Shown: positions 34,170 through 48,522, numbered from the whole stretch's first letter. The stretch is DNA of 62,719 nucleotides, filler included, from Scyliorhinus canicula (GCF_902713615.1; 6 parts of 6 records of this genome joined end to end with filler, not necessarily neighbours in it); one strand, 5' to 3'. The notes: a model not told the origin generated them from the sequence alone. Made by a program: numbers and translations.

Positions 34170-36690
34170 CACCTTTCAGCTTCACGAGAGCAGATAGGTA
34201 GATAGATTTTGGAAAGGAGTAAAAGCAACAGGGTTGTTGTGATGGGAGACTTTAACTTCCACAATATTGACTGGGACTCACTTAGTGCTAGGGGCCTGGA
34301 TACGGTAGAGTTCGTAAGGAGCATCCAGGAGGGCTTCTTAAAACAATATGTAGATAGTCCAACTAGGGAAGCGGCTGTACTGGACCTGGCATTGGGAAAT
34401 GAGGCAGGCCAGGTGGTAGACGGTTCAGGAGGGGAGCATTTCGGGAACAGTGACCACAATTCAGTAAGTTTTAAAGTGCTGGTGGACAAGGATAAGGGTG
34501 GTCCAAGGGTGAATGTGCTAAATTGGGGGAAGGCTAATTATAACAGTATCAGGCGGGAACTGAAGAACCAAGATTGGGGCGGAGGTTTGAGGGTAAATCA
34601 ACATCTGACGTGTGGGAGGCTTTCAACTGTCAGTTGAAAGGAATTCAGGACCGGCATGTTCCTGTGAGGAAGAAGGATAAATACGGCAAATTTCGGGAAC
34701 CTTGGACAACGACAGATATTGTAGGCCTCATCAAAAAGAAAAAGTAAGCATTTGGCAGGGCTAGAAGGCTGAGAACAGAAGAAGCCTGTGTGGAATATAA
34801 GGAAAGTAGGAAGGAACTTAACCAAGGAGTCAGGGGGCTAGAAGGGATCACGAAAAGTTATTGGAAATAGGGTTAAGGAAACTCCCAAGGCTTATTACAC
34901 GTACATAAAAAGCAAGAAAATGCGGGTTAGGTGGATTGGCCATGCTAAATTGCCCTTAGTGTCCTAAAAAGTAAGGTGGGGGGGGGGGGGGTTGTTGGGT
35001 TACGGGTATAGGGTGGATACGTGGGTTTGAGTAGGGTGATCATTGCTCGGCACAACATCGAGGGCCGAAGGGACTGTTCTGTGCTGTAGTGTTCCATCTA
35101 TTCTATCCAAGAGGGTTGCCAGAGAAAGGGTTGGCCCACTGAAGGACAGGGGTGGGAATCTATGTGTGGAGCCAATGAAATGGGCGAGGTACTAAATTAA
35201 TACTTTGCATCAGCATTCACCAAATAGAAGGAATTGGTGGATGTCGAGTCTCGAGAAGGGTGTATAGATAGTCTGAGTCACATTGAGATCCAAAAAGACG
35301 AGATGTTTGGCGTCTTGAAAAATATTAAGGTAGATAAGTCCTCAGGGTCAGATGGGATCTACCCCAGAATTCTGAAGGAGGCAAGAGAGGAAATTGTTGA
35401 GGCCTTGAAAGAAATCTTTGGATACTCACTGTCTTCAGGTAATGTCCCGGAGGAGTGGAGAAGAGCCAATGTTGTTCCTTTGTTCAAGAAGGGTAGCAAG
35501 AATAATCCAGGAATCTACAGGCTGGTTGGTAGCCTTACATCACTGGTAGGGAAATTATTTTTTCCCATTTCAGACTGGTAAAAAAGGTGGTCACACAGGA
35601 TCAGAGGTGAGCTGGCAAGAGGCATTCAGAACTGGCTAGGTCATAGAAGGCAGAGAGTAGCAATGGAAGGGTGCTTTTCTGATCGCAGGGATCAGTGCTG
35701 GGAGCTTTGGTGTTCGTAGTATACATAAATTATTTGGAGGAAAATGTAACTGGTCTGATTAGTAAGGTTAAGGACGATACAAAGGTTGGTGGAATTGCGA
35801 ATGGCGATGAGGACTGTCAGAGGATACAGCAGGATTTAGATTGTTTGGAGACTTGGGCAGAGAGATGGCAGGTGGAGTTTAAGCCGGACAAATGTGAGGT
35901 AATGCATTTTGGAAGGTCTAATACAGGTACGGAATATACAGTGAATGGTAGAACCCTCAAGAGTATTGACAGTCAACGAGATCTAGGTGTACAGGTCCAC
36001 AGGTCACTGAAAAGGGAAACACAGGTGGAGAAGGTAGTCAACAAGGCATACGGCATGCTTGCCTTCATTGGTCGGGCATTGAGTACAAAAAATTGGCAAG
36101 TCATGTTGCAGCTGTATAGAACCTTAGTTAGGCCACACTTGGAGTATAGTGTTCAATTCTGGTCGCCACACGACCAGAAGGACGCGGAGGCTTTAGAGAG
36201 GGCGCAGAAGAGATTTACCAGGATGTTGCCTGGTATGGAGGGCATTAGCTATGAGGACAAGTTGAATAAATTCGGTCTGTTCTCATTGGAACGACGGAGG
36301 TTGAGGGGCGACCTGATAGAGGTCTACAAAATAATGAGGGGCATAGACAGGGTGGATAGTCAGAGACTTTTTCCCAGGGTAGAGAGGTCAATTACTAGGG
36401 GCATATGTTTAAGTTGCGAGGGACAAGGTTTAGGGGAGATGCACGAGGCACGTTTTCTACACAGAGGGTAGTAGGTGCCTAGAACTCGCTACCGGAGGAG
36501 GTGGTGGAAGCAGGGACGATAGTGGTATTTAAGGGTATATTGACAAAGACATGAATAGGATGGGAATAGAGGGATACCGACACCGGAAGTGTAGATGTTT
36601 TTGTTTAGGCGGGCAGCATTGTCGGCGCAGGCTTGGGGGGTCGAAGGGCCTGTTCCTGTGCTGTACGTTTCTTTGTTCTTTTTTCTTTTG
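34170..36690 (+). mobile_element. CR1 LINE ORF2 remnant with nested SINE (~34915-35105); duplicate at ~44268-46790
   Basis: VVMGDFNFHNIDW (endonuclease), WRRANVVPLFKKG, LISKVKDDTKVGG, YRTLVRPHLEYSVQFWSP; broken by stops and deletions. Confidence 0.93.
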
Positions 36691-37041
36691 CATTGATTAG
36701 AGGTAAAGATCTACCGAAATTTCGAAGAAAAGCGAGTTACACCCAGAAAAAGCCAAAATGTCTAATAATGTGAGACAGAGAAAAGGGAACAAGACTGAAA
36801 AACACAACCGGGGGTGGAATCTGATTGGAGAGAACCAGCTGTGTTTGGTCCTCAACTAACTATGATTGGTCCACAGCGGACGGCAAGACTGAGAGACGAG
36901 CCAATCGCAGCACGGAGGAAAGCGCCTCAATTTCCCACTAAGTGAAGCCTTTACCTCTGGTCTGAATTGACTCTTTGCTGTGAGGCTAGAAGCAGGAACA
37001 TATCTGAAACAGTGACGCTGTTAGCTGTCCAATCGGGAACC

Positions 37042-37470
37042 ATGTTTGATTTACTGATAATAATGGTCTTACTGCCCGGTGAGTCTGAGCTCAAATCCCC
37101 AGTGTGTGTTTCATGGGTTATATTTACTCACAGATTTCTGACACATTCTATATCTTGTTACAGGAACGAATGGCCAAGATTCAGTTTCCCAGGACGCGCG
37201 TGAATTAACGGTTGAGGAAGAACAGACAGCAATGTTGAACTGCAGTTACAAAACACAATACTCCTCGCCAACTCTCTTCTGGTACATCCAGTATCCCGGG
37301 AAAGCTCCGAGATATTTACTGAAAATGTTCGGCAAGGAAAGCGGCGATAATTCACCAGAGTTTTCTGACCGATTTTCTGCTGATTTGGACAAAGACAGGA
37401 AAATCGTTCCATTAAATATCACCGGGGTCCGTGTCTCTGACTCTGCCGTGTATCTCTGTGCGCTGATCCC
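37042..37470 (+). CDS. TCR alpha/delta V segment V5, intact (copy in D)
   Basis: Leader 37042-37078 MFDLLIIMVLLP|gtgag. V exon 37164-37470 QDSVSQD..LNCSY..LFWYIQYPGKAPRYLL..DRFSADLD..DSAVYLCALIP. Confidence 0.95.
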
Positions 37471-37509
37471 CACACTGTTACAGAGGCACAGTCAACCCGT
37501 ACAAAAACC
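37471..37509 (+). other. 23-RSS of V5
   Basis: CACACTG + 23 nt + ACAAAAACC. Confidence 0.95.
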
Positions 37510-38084
37510 TGCAATGCACTCTCACCTCCTCTTCACGGAATCAGATCTGTCAGTAGAATTGTGAACTGTTAATATAAATAAAACAATATTATAAAGAACA
37601 GCTGCGCGGATGATCACCTCCTAAAAATACCGAATATTTATTATTCTGTGTAAAATCCCGCTTTACATTAGTTTTCCTGAGCTCCAAGCAGCTCTGTAAA
37701 TGGGAGGCTCTGGTTCTGTCATCAGAACAATATGAAATGTTACCAATCCGTGCCCCATCTCAAAGATTAATCCCGATAAAGATCCAACAATTGATTTAAT
37801 GCTCGTTTTGTTATTGGTCTGTAGCACAGAGAACGTAGTTGTTCAGTCGCTGAGTTTCTTCAAGGAGGGTTCCAAAGATCTGCGGATATTAAGGCAAATA
37901 AGACAGTTGTGGATGGTGCAGAAAGGAGGATATGAGTTAGATCAGCCATGATCTTATTGAATGGTGGAACAGGCCCAAGTGAAGGAGCAAATGGTCCACT
38001 GCAGCTCCTGTTTCTTATTCTCTGATGTGATTCAGTTCAGTTCCTTGTTTTGAGAAGTTTCATGCGGTTCCATTTTCCTTGTTC

Positions 38085-38348
38085 TGACGTCATGGAGTTA
38101 AGAACAAAGAGACTCTGAGCTGATTGGATGAAATGTAGGACACAGGTGCTGAGGGCTGATTGTTTGTCGCTCAATAGAGGGAATAGAGGTATACGGACCC
38201 CGGATGTGCAGAAGAATTTAGTTTAGACCGTCAGCATGGTCGGCACAGTCTTGGAGAGCCGAAGGGTCTGTTCCTGTGCTGTACTTTTATTTGTTCTTTA
38301 GACTCTGTCAGGAATGAACCAATCAGTAGCGGGGTGGGATATGACTCA
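38085..38348 (+). promoter_or_regulatory. V6 promoter: CRE, CCAAT, AP-1
   Basis: TGACGTCA 38085-38092, CCAAT near 38320, TGACTCA 38342-38348; same order as upstream of V1. Confidence 0.6.
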
Positions 38349-38423
38349 ACATCTTGTCAAGTCTTATCTGAAACAATTCAACTTCAACTCACTCTGTTTA
38401 AATCCACCACCAGCTCAGTGAAC

Positions 38424-38938
38424 ATGTTGGCTGTTATCTTTTACACATTGCTCACAAGTGCAGCTCTCTTAACTGGTAAGTTTACAAGTTGCACAGTTTT
38501 CTCTTTGCTCGTAATACCGATATAGAAATCATCATTGAAATGTATCTCTCCTCCGTTTGCAATCTATGTCCTTAACTTGGAAACACCGTGATAATAAAAA
38601 AATAAAGACCACTATTTCTAAATGTTTTCAGGGGTTAGAGGTGAAGACTGGGTCTCTCAAGAGCCGCTTGCAGTGACACAATTTGAAGAAGACTCAGTGA
38701 CCATTATTTACAGCTATTCGACCAGAGCGGATTCATATTATTTACAGCTGTACCGTCAGGACAGGAACAAAGCCCCCACATTATTGATCTACATCTATAA
38801 CTACGGAGATGTTTCCAGAGCAGAGGGTGTGGGGAGTCGATTTTCTGCATCTCTGGATACTTCAAAAGGAGAGGGGAATTTCACCATCCAGGAGTTGCGG
38901 CTGTCTGACAGCGCGGTGTATTACTGCGGACTGAGAGA
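38424..38938 (+). CDS. Non-canonical TCR V segment V6 (Cys23 to Tyr, Trp41 to Leu), open frame (copy in D)
   Basis: Leader 38424-38475 MLAVIFYTLLTSAALLT|gtaag. V exon 38632-38938 EDWVSQEP..VTIIYSYS..YYLQLYRQDR..SRFSASLD..DSAVYYCGLRD. Confidence 0.85.
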
Positions 38939-38977
38939 CACAGTGACGGCAACCAGAGGGAGCCTCGTACAAAACAC
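38939..38977 (+). other. 23-RSS of V6
   Basis: CACAGTG + 23 nt + ACAAAACAC. Confidence 0.9.
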
Positions 38978-40049
38978 TGGCACAGTGTGACAAAGAGAAT
39001 AGGGAGCAGAGGGGGGAAAGCTGGGCTTTATGAACCTATCAGCTGATATTTCTGATTGAAATATACCCAAATTATGCACAAGCCGAGAGCAGCAGATGCT
39101 GCGCTGGGGATGGGTTTCTCGGCTTATTTTACATCCAAAAAATTACAGTATTTATTTCGGGTTCCAACTTGAATTGACAATTGACATTGTGAACCAGTCT
39201 TTCAAACACCAGGTAATGCAGCAGTAGGTATATAACACTGAGGTGTGCTCAGGTCAAATGTACAAATAGTTTGTGCAGAAAGCCTTACCCGATGTGTTCA
39301 GATTTCCCAGAGCGATTCTGGTGCTATGGAAAACTTCGTGCTGTTCATTCCATTTGATTGTTGTAGTCAATTGTTTTTGTTACCGTTAATCCAGGTGCTT
39401 AAATCTGCCCTTATGGATAATTTACTTATGAATCATTGTTCATCAGCTCCTAATCATGCCCGGAAAATAACCTCTGTACTTTTTCTACATTAAGGATTGA
39501 TTGTTCGGTAGCACAGACCTGAGCATTGCTAAAAATAATTGTCGAAGTTTTTGGCCTTGTACTCATCAGGACAATGGTAAGAACAGCAATGTCAGGGGAA
39601 ACAACACATGGACTTTTCAGCGATGTTAAGATTCTGAGTTTTAATATGTGTCAGTGACATTAACATTGAGAGATGTTCAATCGGGTTATTATGATTATTA
39701 AGATTATCCTCACCCAGTGGGCATTGGTTTGCACTATAGACTGATATTTCAAACCAAAAATGACTTGTCGCTCAGAGATTTCCTGAACAGCGGTCAGGGA
39801 TATAAATAGTTCCCGGCCACCTGCACAGTTTACTTTCTCAGTGGTTGTGGCGAGTTCTCAGATATCCCGTACCAGCATCAACTAATTCTGCTCTCAGTAA
39901 ATGCAATAATCGGACTGAATGATTTTAGATGGTGATAAGGGGATTGTACTCGGGGTCTGTGCTCACAAGAAACATTCACGTTTCAGTGTCTGAGTCGCTG
40001 TTATAAACAGCTCCCAACATACAGCAGCTGTGACCCAGAAACCTGCGGC

Positions 40050-41130
40050 AGTTTTTATTCGAGACTTTCCCTCGTTCCCATCAGGGAGACTCTGCACAGT
40101 AATAGACCGCGGGTGTCAGACAGCCGCAGCTCCGAGATGGCCAATCAGTACAACTTGTCCGACTGCTGGACTGTATCAGAAACCGGCCCTGTGCGAAATC
40201 CGCCTTCAATTCATCACCGCCACCCGTGTGCCTCCGGACCTAAAACTCGGGCTGTCTGTCTGGGTATTGATGCTACCAGAATAAATAATAAGCATCATCG
40301 ATATATGTGCAGGTTAGCGTGACATCTTCCCCCTCTGTCTGTGTGAGTGAGGATTCCCGCGGAGTCATATAATCTCCATCGCTCAGACCTGCAACACACG
40401 GTTATAGAATGTGGAAATAAGTGATTGAATTTCAATTTAACTGAACTGAGGGTGAAAATTCCATCAGTGTAACATAAAAAAATAGAATTTAGAGCACAAG
40501 AAAGCTCGTTCGGCCCAATTGTTTCATGTCAGTGTTTACAATCCCCAGGAGAATCCTCCATCTCGCCTCATCTCATTGTATCAGCAAATCCCTCCACCCC
40601 TATCTCTCTCATATGTTTATCTAGTTTCCCTTGAAATGTATCAGTGCTCCGCTCCTCAGCTCTTCCTTGTGTTAATTTGAGCCACATTCTTCCTCTCTTT
40701 CTAAAGTGATTTTTCCTTATTTCCCAGTTAGAAAATTTGGGGGTGCTTCGATTCCTGGCACCGAGATTTGGAACCTGTGGAATTATCCTCTCCACACGCC
40801 CAACAGATCATAGTAAAGACATCAAGGTTGACTTCCTGTTAGTACAGAAAAGAACCAGAACATTTACATTGCTTTCTGATAGATATCATCATCCAATTCG
40901 GTATCGTCACTCTAAATCACGTATGCTTTGTGTTTTGCCAATATAAACTCCTATAAAGAAGAGGCTAGTAGGGCATAGACGCGTGTTTTCCCAGGCAGGT
41001 TGGGTACTTGATTACCACAAGGGTACTGCTTTCCAAATTTATTCCTCTAGAAATGAACTTTTAAAAAAGTTTTAAACGTCTTACCAGCAATGAATGTTAT
41101 CCAGATCACAGCGAGAACGGGGATCCGCAT
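40050..41130 (-). pseudogene. TCR V pseudogene V-psi (copy in D)
   Basis: Duplicate of 50156-51235: leader 41085-41130, V exon ~40089-40388. Confidence 0.85.
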
Positions 41131-41827
41131 TGCTGCTGGTCCTGGATTGCGCGGACTAATTATGTCTCAGAAACCTGCAGAAACCCAACAAGATAAAGCT
41201 GAGAGCATTGGCTGAGGCTGCTCTGACGTCACTGCCTATGGAACGAATGATAGGAAGAGCTAGGATAGCTGGATCTGATTGGTCTGTTGTCACCTTTTAA
41301 CAATACATGTTTATTCCAGGGAATTAAGGCAGTTGCCGTGCATTTTGATCATCAGCGCGAGACCGGAAAACACAGAAAACTTGATCCCGAATTGATCTGA
41401 GAGACATTTGTATCTTCGGCTCACCTGAAAGAAACAGCCTTGAAGAAAGAAAATACAAGTGCTGAATGTGGATGAAGGTGTTCCGAGCATTTTATTCACT
41501 AAAAATACTTAATTTGTGGAGGGGATGAAAGGAAATATGTTCTCAGACTTGTTTTGGCTTCGTGTCGTATCAAACAGAGCGGGAAAATACAATGACAATA
41601 GCTGGAGAAGTTTCAATTTAACCTATGTTAAAATGTCAGTTTGTCAAATAAACCTTAAATGTTTCCACTCAATTGCTCATTATTGAGTGAATCAAATCTG
41701 ACATCTAACACCTCTGTTCAGCGCTTCTGGGATCTGTCTTGTGGCTCCATTTTCAAGTCCATCTGCTCATTGCTAGCAGTAGCGATACATCCCTCCACGG
41801 TCCACTATTCCGTCCACTCTGTCACAA

Positions 41828-41927
41828 NNNNNNNNNNNNNNNNNNNNNNNNNNNNNNNNNNNNNNNNNNNNTTAATTAATTAANNNNNNNNNNNNNNNNN
41901 NNNNNNNNNNNNNNNNNNNNNNNNNNN
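41828..41927. other. Artificial contig linker
   Basis: N44-TTAATTAATTAA-N44. Confidence 0.95.
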
Positions 41928-43216
41928 GAGAAATACATTCCTGGATGGTCATGTTGCAAAAATGTATAGTTCCATAGAAATTAATGTGCAACACAATATT
42001 GCCACACTGACACAACCTCAGGGAATTCCATTTCGGAGAGCTCACTTTGAAAAGTCGATGGTTTTTCGCAGCCTCACTGACTCTTTGCTCTTTTATGTGT
42101 CTATGGTTGTCTTAATCAGTTTTATTGTCTACTGCCGTGTTTGTCTCTGTGTCCGTGCTTGTGTTGCTTCTGTGCTATATTCGAGGCTTCTGGTGAACAC
42201 GGGAGGCGGATATATTCACTTACTTTTATCGTTACCAACTCGTCTTTCAAGAATCTCCATAGCACTTCTGGTTTTAGGTCGACGTATGGTGCAACTTATG
42301 TCATAGTCTGTGCGTGTCGGATTGGTTGTTTATCTCTATGACCAAGAAAGCACAACAGTGCCTATACTTCCTCGGGAAACTAAGGAACTTCGGCATATCC
42401 GTACTGACTCTTACTAACTTTTACAGATGCACCAGAGAAAGCTTCCTATCTGGCTGGTCCAATGCCTGGTATGGCAACAGCTCGGCCCAAGACCGTAAGA
42501 AACCACAGAAAGTCGTAAACACAGCCCAGTCCATCCTGCGAACCCACCTCCCATCTAATGACTCTTTCTACACCTCCCGCTGTCTTGGGAAAGCGGGCAG
42601 CATAATAAAATAACACAGCTCCGCAACCACCGAGGTTATTCTCTCTTCCAACCTTTTCCACCGGCCAGAAGATACAGAAGTCTGAGAACAGGCACTAACA
42701 GATTAAAAAACAGGTCCTTCCCCGCTGTTACCAGACTCCTGAATGTACCTTTTATGGACTCAACTGATCTCTCCAAACATCTCTGCTGTTGCAGCAATTT
42801 ACTCAGTATGCTGCATCTGGTGTCTATGTATTTATATTGTGTATTTATCGTGTGTCCTATGTTTTTTCATGTATTGAACGATCTCTCTGGACTGTACGCA
42901 GAACGATAATTTTCACTGTACCTCGGTACACGTGATAAGAAATCTAAATCTAAATCTACGTGTGCATCTTCGCATGGGGCCGTGTTCCCGTATCCAATAT
43001 GGGGTAGTGCTGTCCACTAGAGAGCGCGTTCTGATCATATATGAAAGATAGCGACCCTTTCTGGGGAAAGCGACTGCTTGAAGACGTAAAAATGGGGCGG
43101 AGAAAATAGGTCGTATTCGACCTCACAACATCCCTCTGACTATTTGAACTTCTCCAATTGTAGGTCTGGTGCAGACAGTGATCACTGTCTCTGTTGCTGG
43201 AGTTCAGACTGAAACC

Positions 43217-43738
43217 ATGGAGGTGAAACACTGTCTGTCTCTGGTTATTGTCCTGATCACAGGTCGGTTATATTGAACGTCTGTTCTAAATTCCCCAATT
43301 CTCATATTTATTATAATTTCCATCTCTGCAAACCCATCCTCCTCATGTTACTCTTTGTAACCCGCTGTCTTTCTGCTGTTTATTTTTAGAGATGAGTAAC
43401 GGAGAGTCAGTGTCCCAGGCAGAACAAGGAATCGACGCAGAAGAGGGTGAAGATTCAGCCATACCCTGCCGTTACTCTGTACCGAGCTCAGCTCGAGAAT
43501 ATGGCTTGTTCTGGTATCGCCAGTATCCATACCCAGCTCCTCAGTATGTGCTCAGAAGCGATAGTTACGGATATAAAAAGACGGCTCCCGGCTTTGAACG
43601 CTTCAGCGGGAATCATAACACGACACAAAACACTTTCACTTTGTCCCTGATAGATTTGAAGATGACAGACAGCGCCGTGTATTACTGCGCGCTGAGACCC
43701 ACAGTGAATGCGGGCCCGGCGGGGCTCATACACAAAAG
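43217..43738 (+). CDS. V4 (copy in E) with 23-RSS
   Basis: Leader 43217-43262, V exon 43390-43699, RSS 43700-43738; identical to the D copy. Confidence 0.93.
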
Positions 43739-46700
43739 TGGAGCAGGTCGTCAATCAAGCATTCGGTATCAGAAAAACACAAGGCGTTGAATCTCATTAA
43801 AAATGAAAGGGACATTGCAGCTCCATCTGAATGTTTTTTCCTGGCACAGGTCAATGGTTGTCACAGTTGGGAAATGTGACAAGTGGCGGTCATATTACTC
43901 CGGGAACAAATTCAATAATTTCCCCATCCCGATTCGGGAAATTCGCACAAACATCTAGATCTCTCGGCTGAATAACTTAATGTATCTGTAAATTTAAAAC
44001 TTCTGGATCAGCTGACAGTCTATCAGGCAGTATCTTTCAAAAGTGAAGTGATTACAGATTTGTCACATTTTAAATGACCTTGGGGAGAAATAATGACTGA
44101 CTGATATCAGTACATCACACGAGTAGGCCCAATGGAACAGCAACTCGGTGTGGGATTGGGTGATGATTTATCTCCGGTACTCTTAAAACAGTCAGTATTA
44201 ATTATGGTCATGCACTGAATGGCCTGATTAATATCTGTGCATTAGACTGACTCTAATATATTGATCTCACCTTTCAGCTTCACGAGAGCAGATAGGTAGA
44301 TAGATTTTGGAAAGGAGTAAAAGCAACAGGGTTGTTGTGATGGGAGACTTTAACTTCCACAATATTGACTGGGACTCACTTAGTGCTAGGGGCCTGGATA
44401 CGGTAGAGTTCGTAAGGAGCATCCAGGAGGGCTTCTTAAAACAATATGTAGATAGTCCAACTAGGGAAGCGGCTGTACTGGACCTGGCATTGGGAAATGA
44501 GGCAGGCCAGGTGGTAGACGGTTCAGGAGGGGAGCATTTCGGGAACAGTGACCACAATTCAGTAAGTTTTAAAGTGCTGGTGGACAAGGATAAGGGTGGT
44601 CCAAGGGTGAATGTGCTAAATTGGGGGAAGGCTAATTATAACAGTATCAGGCGGGAACTGAAGAACCAAGATTGGGGCGGAGGTTTGAGGGTAAATCAAC
44701 ATCTGACGTGTGGGAGGCTTTCAACTGTCAGTTGAAAGGAATTCAGGACCGGCATGTTCCTGTGAGGAAGAAGGATAAATACGGCAAATTTCGGGAACCT
44801 TGGACAACGACAGATATTGTAGGCCTCATCAAAAAGAAAAAGTAAGCATTTGGCAGGGCTAGAAGGCTGAGAACAGAAGAAGCCTGTGTGGAATATAAGG
44901 AAAGTAGGAAGGAACTTAACCAAGGAGTCAGGGGGCTAGAAGGGATCACGAAAAGTTATTGGAAATAGGGTTAAGGAAACTCCCAAGGCTTATTACACGT
45001 ACATAAAAAGCAAGAAAATGCGGGTTAGGTGGATTGGCCATGCTAAATTGCCCTTAGTGTCCTAAAAAGTAAGGTGGGGGGGGGGGGGGTTGTTGGGTTA
45101 CGGGTATAGGGTGGATACGTGGGTTTGAGTAGGGTGATCATTGCTCGGCACAACATCGAGGGCCGAAGGGACTGTTCTGTGCTGTAGTGTTCCATCTATT
45201 CTATCCAAGAGGGTTGCCAGAGAAAGGGTTGGCCCACTGAAGGACAGGGGTGGGAATCTATGTGTGGAGCCAATGAAATGGGCGAGGTACTAAATTAATA
45301 CTTTGCATCAGCATTCACCAAATAGAAGGAATTGGTGGATGTCGAGTCTCGAGAAGGGTGTATAGATAGTCTGAGTCACATTGAGATCCAAAAAGACGAG
45401 ATGTTTGGCGTCTTGAAAAATATTAAGGTAGATAAGTCCTCAGGGTCAGATGGGATCTACCCCAGAATTCTGAAGGAGGCAAGAGAGGAAATTGTTGAGG
45501 CCTTGAAAGAAATCTTTGGATACTCACTGTCTTCAGGTAATGTCCCGGAGGAGTGGAGAAGAGCCAATGTTGTTCCTTTGTTCAAGAAGGGTAGCAAGAA
45601 TAATCCAGGAATCTACAGGCTGGTTGGTAGCCTTACATCACTGGTAGGGAAATTATTTTTTCCCATTTCAGACTGGTAAAAAAGGTGGTCACACAGGATC
45701 AGAGGTGAGCTGGCAAGAGGCATTCAGAACTGGCTAGGTCATAGAAGGCAGAGAGTAGCAATGGAAGGGTGCTTTTCTGATCGCAGGGATCAGTGCTGGG
45801 AGCTTTGGTGTTCGTAGTATACATAAATTATTTGGAGGAAAATGTAACTGGTCTGATTAGTAAGGTTAAGGACGATACAAAGGTTGGTGGAATTGCGAAT
45901 GGCGATGAGGACTGTCAGAGGATACAGCAGGATTTAGATTGTTTGGAGACTTGGGCAGAGAGATGGCAGGTGGAGTTTAAGCCGGACAAATGTGAGGTAA
46001 TGCATTTTGGAAGGTCTAATACAGGTACGGAATATACAGTGAATGGTAGAACCCTCAAGAGTATTGACAGTCAACGAGATCTAGGTGTACAGGTCCACAG
46101 GTCACTGAAAAGGGAAACACAGGTGGAGAAGGTAGTCAACAAGGCATACGGCATGCTTGCCTTCATTGGTCGGGCATTGAGTACAAAAAATTGGCAAGTC
46201 ATGTTGCAGCTGTATAGAACCTTAGTTAGGCCACACTTGGAGTATAGTGTTCAATTCTGGTCGCCACACGACCAGAAGGACGCGGAGGCTTTAGAGAGGG
46301 CGCAGAAGAGATTTACCAGGATGTTGCCTGGTATGGAGGGCATTAGCTATGAGGACAAGTTGAATAAATTCGGTCTGTTCTCATTGGAACGACGGAGGTT
46401 GAGGGGCGACCTGATAGAGGTCTACAAAATAATGAGGGGCATAGACAGGGTGGATAGTCAGAGACTTTTTCCCAGGGTAGAGAGGTCAATTACTAGGGGC
46501 ATATGTTTAAGTTGCGAGGGACAAGGTTTAGGGGAGATGCACGAGGCACGTTTTCTACACAGAGGGTAGTAGGTGCCTAGAACTCGCTACCGGAGGAGGT
46601 GGTGGAAGCAGGGACGATAGTGGTATTTAAGGGTATATTGACAAAGACATGAATAGGATGGGAATAGAGGGATACCGACACCGGAAGTGTAGATGTTTTT

Positions 46701-47139
46701 GTTTAGGCGGGCAGCATTGTCGGCGCAGGCTTGGGGGGTCGAAGGGCCTGTTCCTGTGCTGTACGTTTCTTTGTTCTTTTTTCTTTTGCATTGATTAGAG
46801 GTAAAGATCTACCGAAATTTCGAAGAAAAGCGAGTTACACCCAGAAAAAGCCAAAATGTCTAATAATGTGAGACAGAGAAAAGGGAACAAGACTGAAAAA
46901 CACAACCGGGGGTGGAATCTGATTGGAGAGAACCAGCTGTGTTTGGTCCTCAACTAACTATGATTGGTCCACAGCGGACGGCAAGACTGAGAGACGAGCC
47001 AATCGCAGCACGGAGGAAAGCGCCTCAATTTCCCACTAAGTGAAGCCTTTACCTCTGGTCTGAATTGACTCTTTGCTGTGAGGCTAGAAGCAGGAACATA
47101 TCTGAAACAGTGACGCTGTTAGCTGTCCAATCGGGAACC

Positions 47140-47607
47140 ATGTTTGATTTACTGATAATAATGGTCTTACTGCCCGGTGAGTCTGAGCTCAAATCCCCAG
47201 TGTGTGTTTCATGGGTTATATTTACTCACAGATTTCTGACACATTCTATATCTTGTTACAGGAACGAATGGCCAAGATTCAGTTTCCCAGGACGCGCGTG
47301 AATTAACGGTTGAGGAAGAACAGACAGCAATGTTGAACTGCAGTTACAAAACACAATACTCCTCGCCAACTCTCTTCTGGTACATCCAGTATCCCGGGAA
47401 AGCTCCGAGATATTTACTGAAAATGTTCGGCAAGGAAAGCGGCGATAATTCACCAGAGTTTTCTGACCGATTTTCTGCTGATTTGGACAAAGACAGGAAA
47501 ATCGTTCCATTAAATATCACCGGGGTCCGTGTCTCTGACTCTGCCGTGTATCTCTGTGCGCTGATCCCCACACTGTTACAGAGGCACAGTCAACCCGTAC
47601 AAAAACC
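47140..47607 (+). CDS. V5 (copy in E) with 23-RSS
   Basis: Leader 47140-47176, V exon 47262-47568, RSS 47569-47607. Confidence 0.95.
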
Positions 47608-48522
47608 TGCAATGCACTCTCACCTCCTCTTCACGGAATCAGATCTGTCAGTAGAATTGTGAACTGTTAATATAAATAAAACAATATTATAAAGAACAGC
47701 TGCGCGGATGATCACCTCCTAAAAATACCGAATATTTATTATTCTGTGTAAAATCCCGCTTTACATTAGTTTTCCTGAGCTCCAAGCAGCTCTGTAAATG
47801 GGAGGCTCTGGTTCTGTCATCAGAACAATATGAAATGTTACCAATCCGTGCCCCATCTCAAAGATTAATCCCGATAAAGATCCAACAATTGATTTAATGC
47901 TCGTTTTGTTATTGGTCTGTAGCACAGAGAACGTAGTTGTTCAGTCGCTGAGTTTCTTCAAGGAGGGTTCCAAAGATCTGCGGATATTAAGGCAAATAAG
48001 ACAGTTGTGGATGGTGCAGAAAGGAGGATATGAGTTAGATCAGCCATGATCTTATTGAATGGTGGAACAGGCCCAAGTGAAGGAGCAAATGGTCCACTGC
48101 AGCTCCTGTTTCTTATTCTCTGATGTGATTCAGTTCAGTTCCTTGTTTTGAGAAGTTTCATGCGGTTCCATTTTCCTTGTTCTGACGTCATGGAGTTAAG
48201 AACAAAGAGACTCTGAGCTGATTGGATGAAATGTAGGACACAGGTGCTGAGGGCTGATTGTTTGTCGCTCAATAGAGGGAATAGAGGTATACGGACCCCG
48301 GATGTGCAGAAGAATTTAGTTTAGACCGTCAGCATGGTCGGCACAGTCTTGGAGAGCCGAAGGGTCTGTTCCTGTGCTGTACTTTTATTTGTTCTTTAGA
48401 CTCTGTCAGGAATGAACCAATCAGTAGCGGGGTGGGATATGACTCAACATCTTGTCAAGTCTTATCTGAAACAATTCAACTTCAACTCACTCTGTTTAAA
48501 ATCCACCACCAGCTCAGTGAAC

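Larger units (their letters stand above)
31830..41827 (+). repeat. ~10-kb near-identical duplicate of 41928-51935 (probable unmerged contig overlap)
   Basis: The offset drifts from 10098 to 10108 through 12 single-base homopolymer indels; no substitutions seen by eye. Confidence 0.95.
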
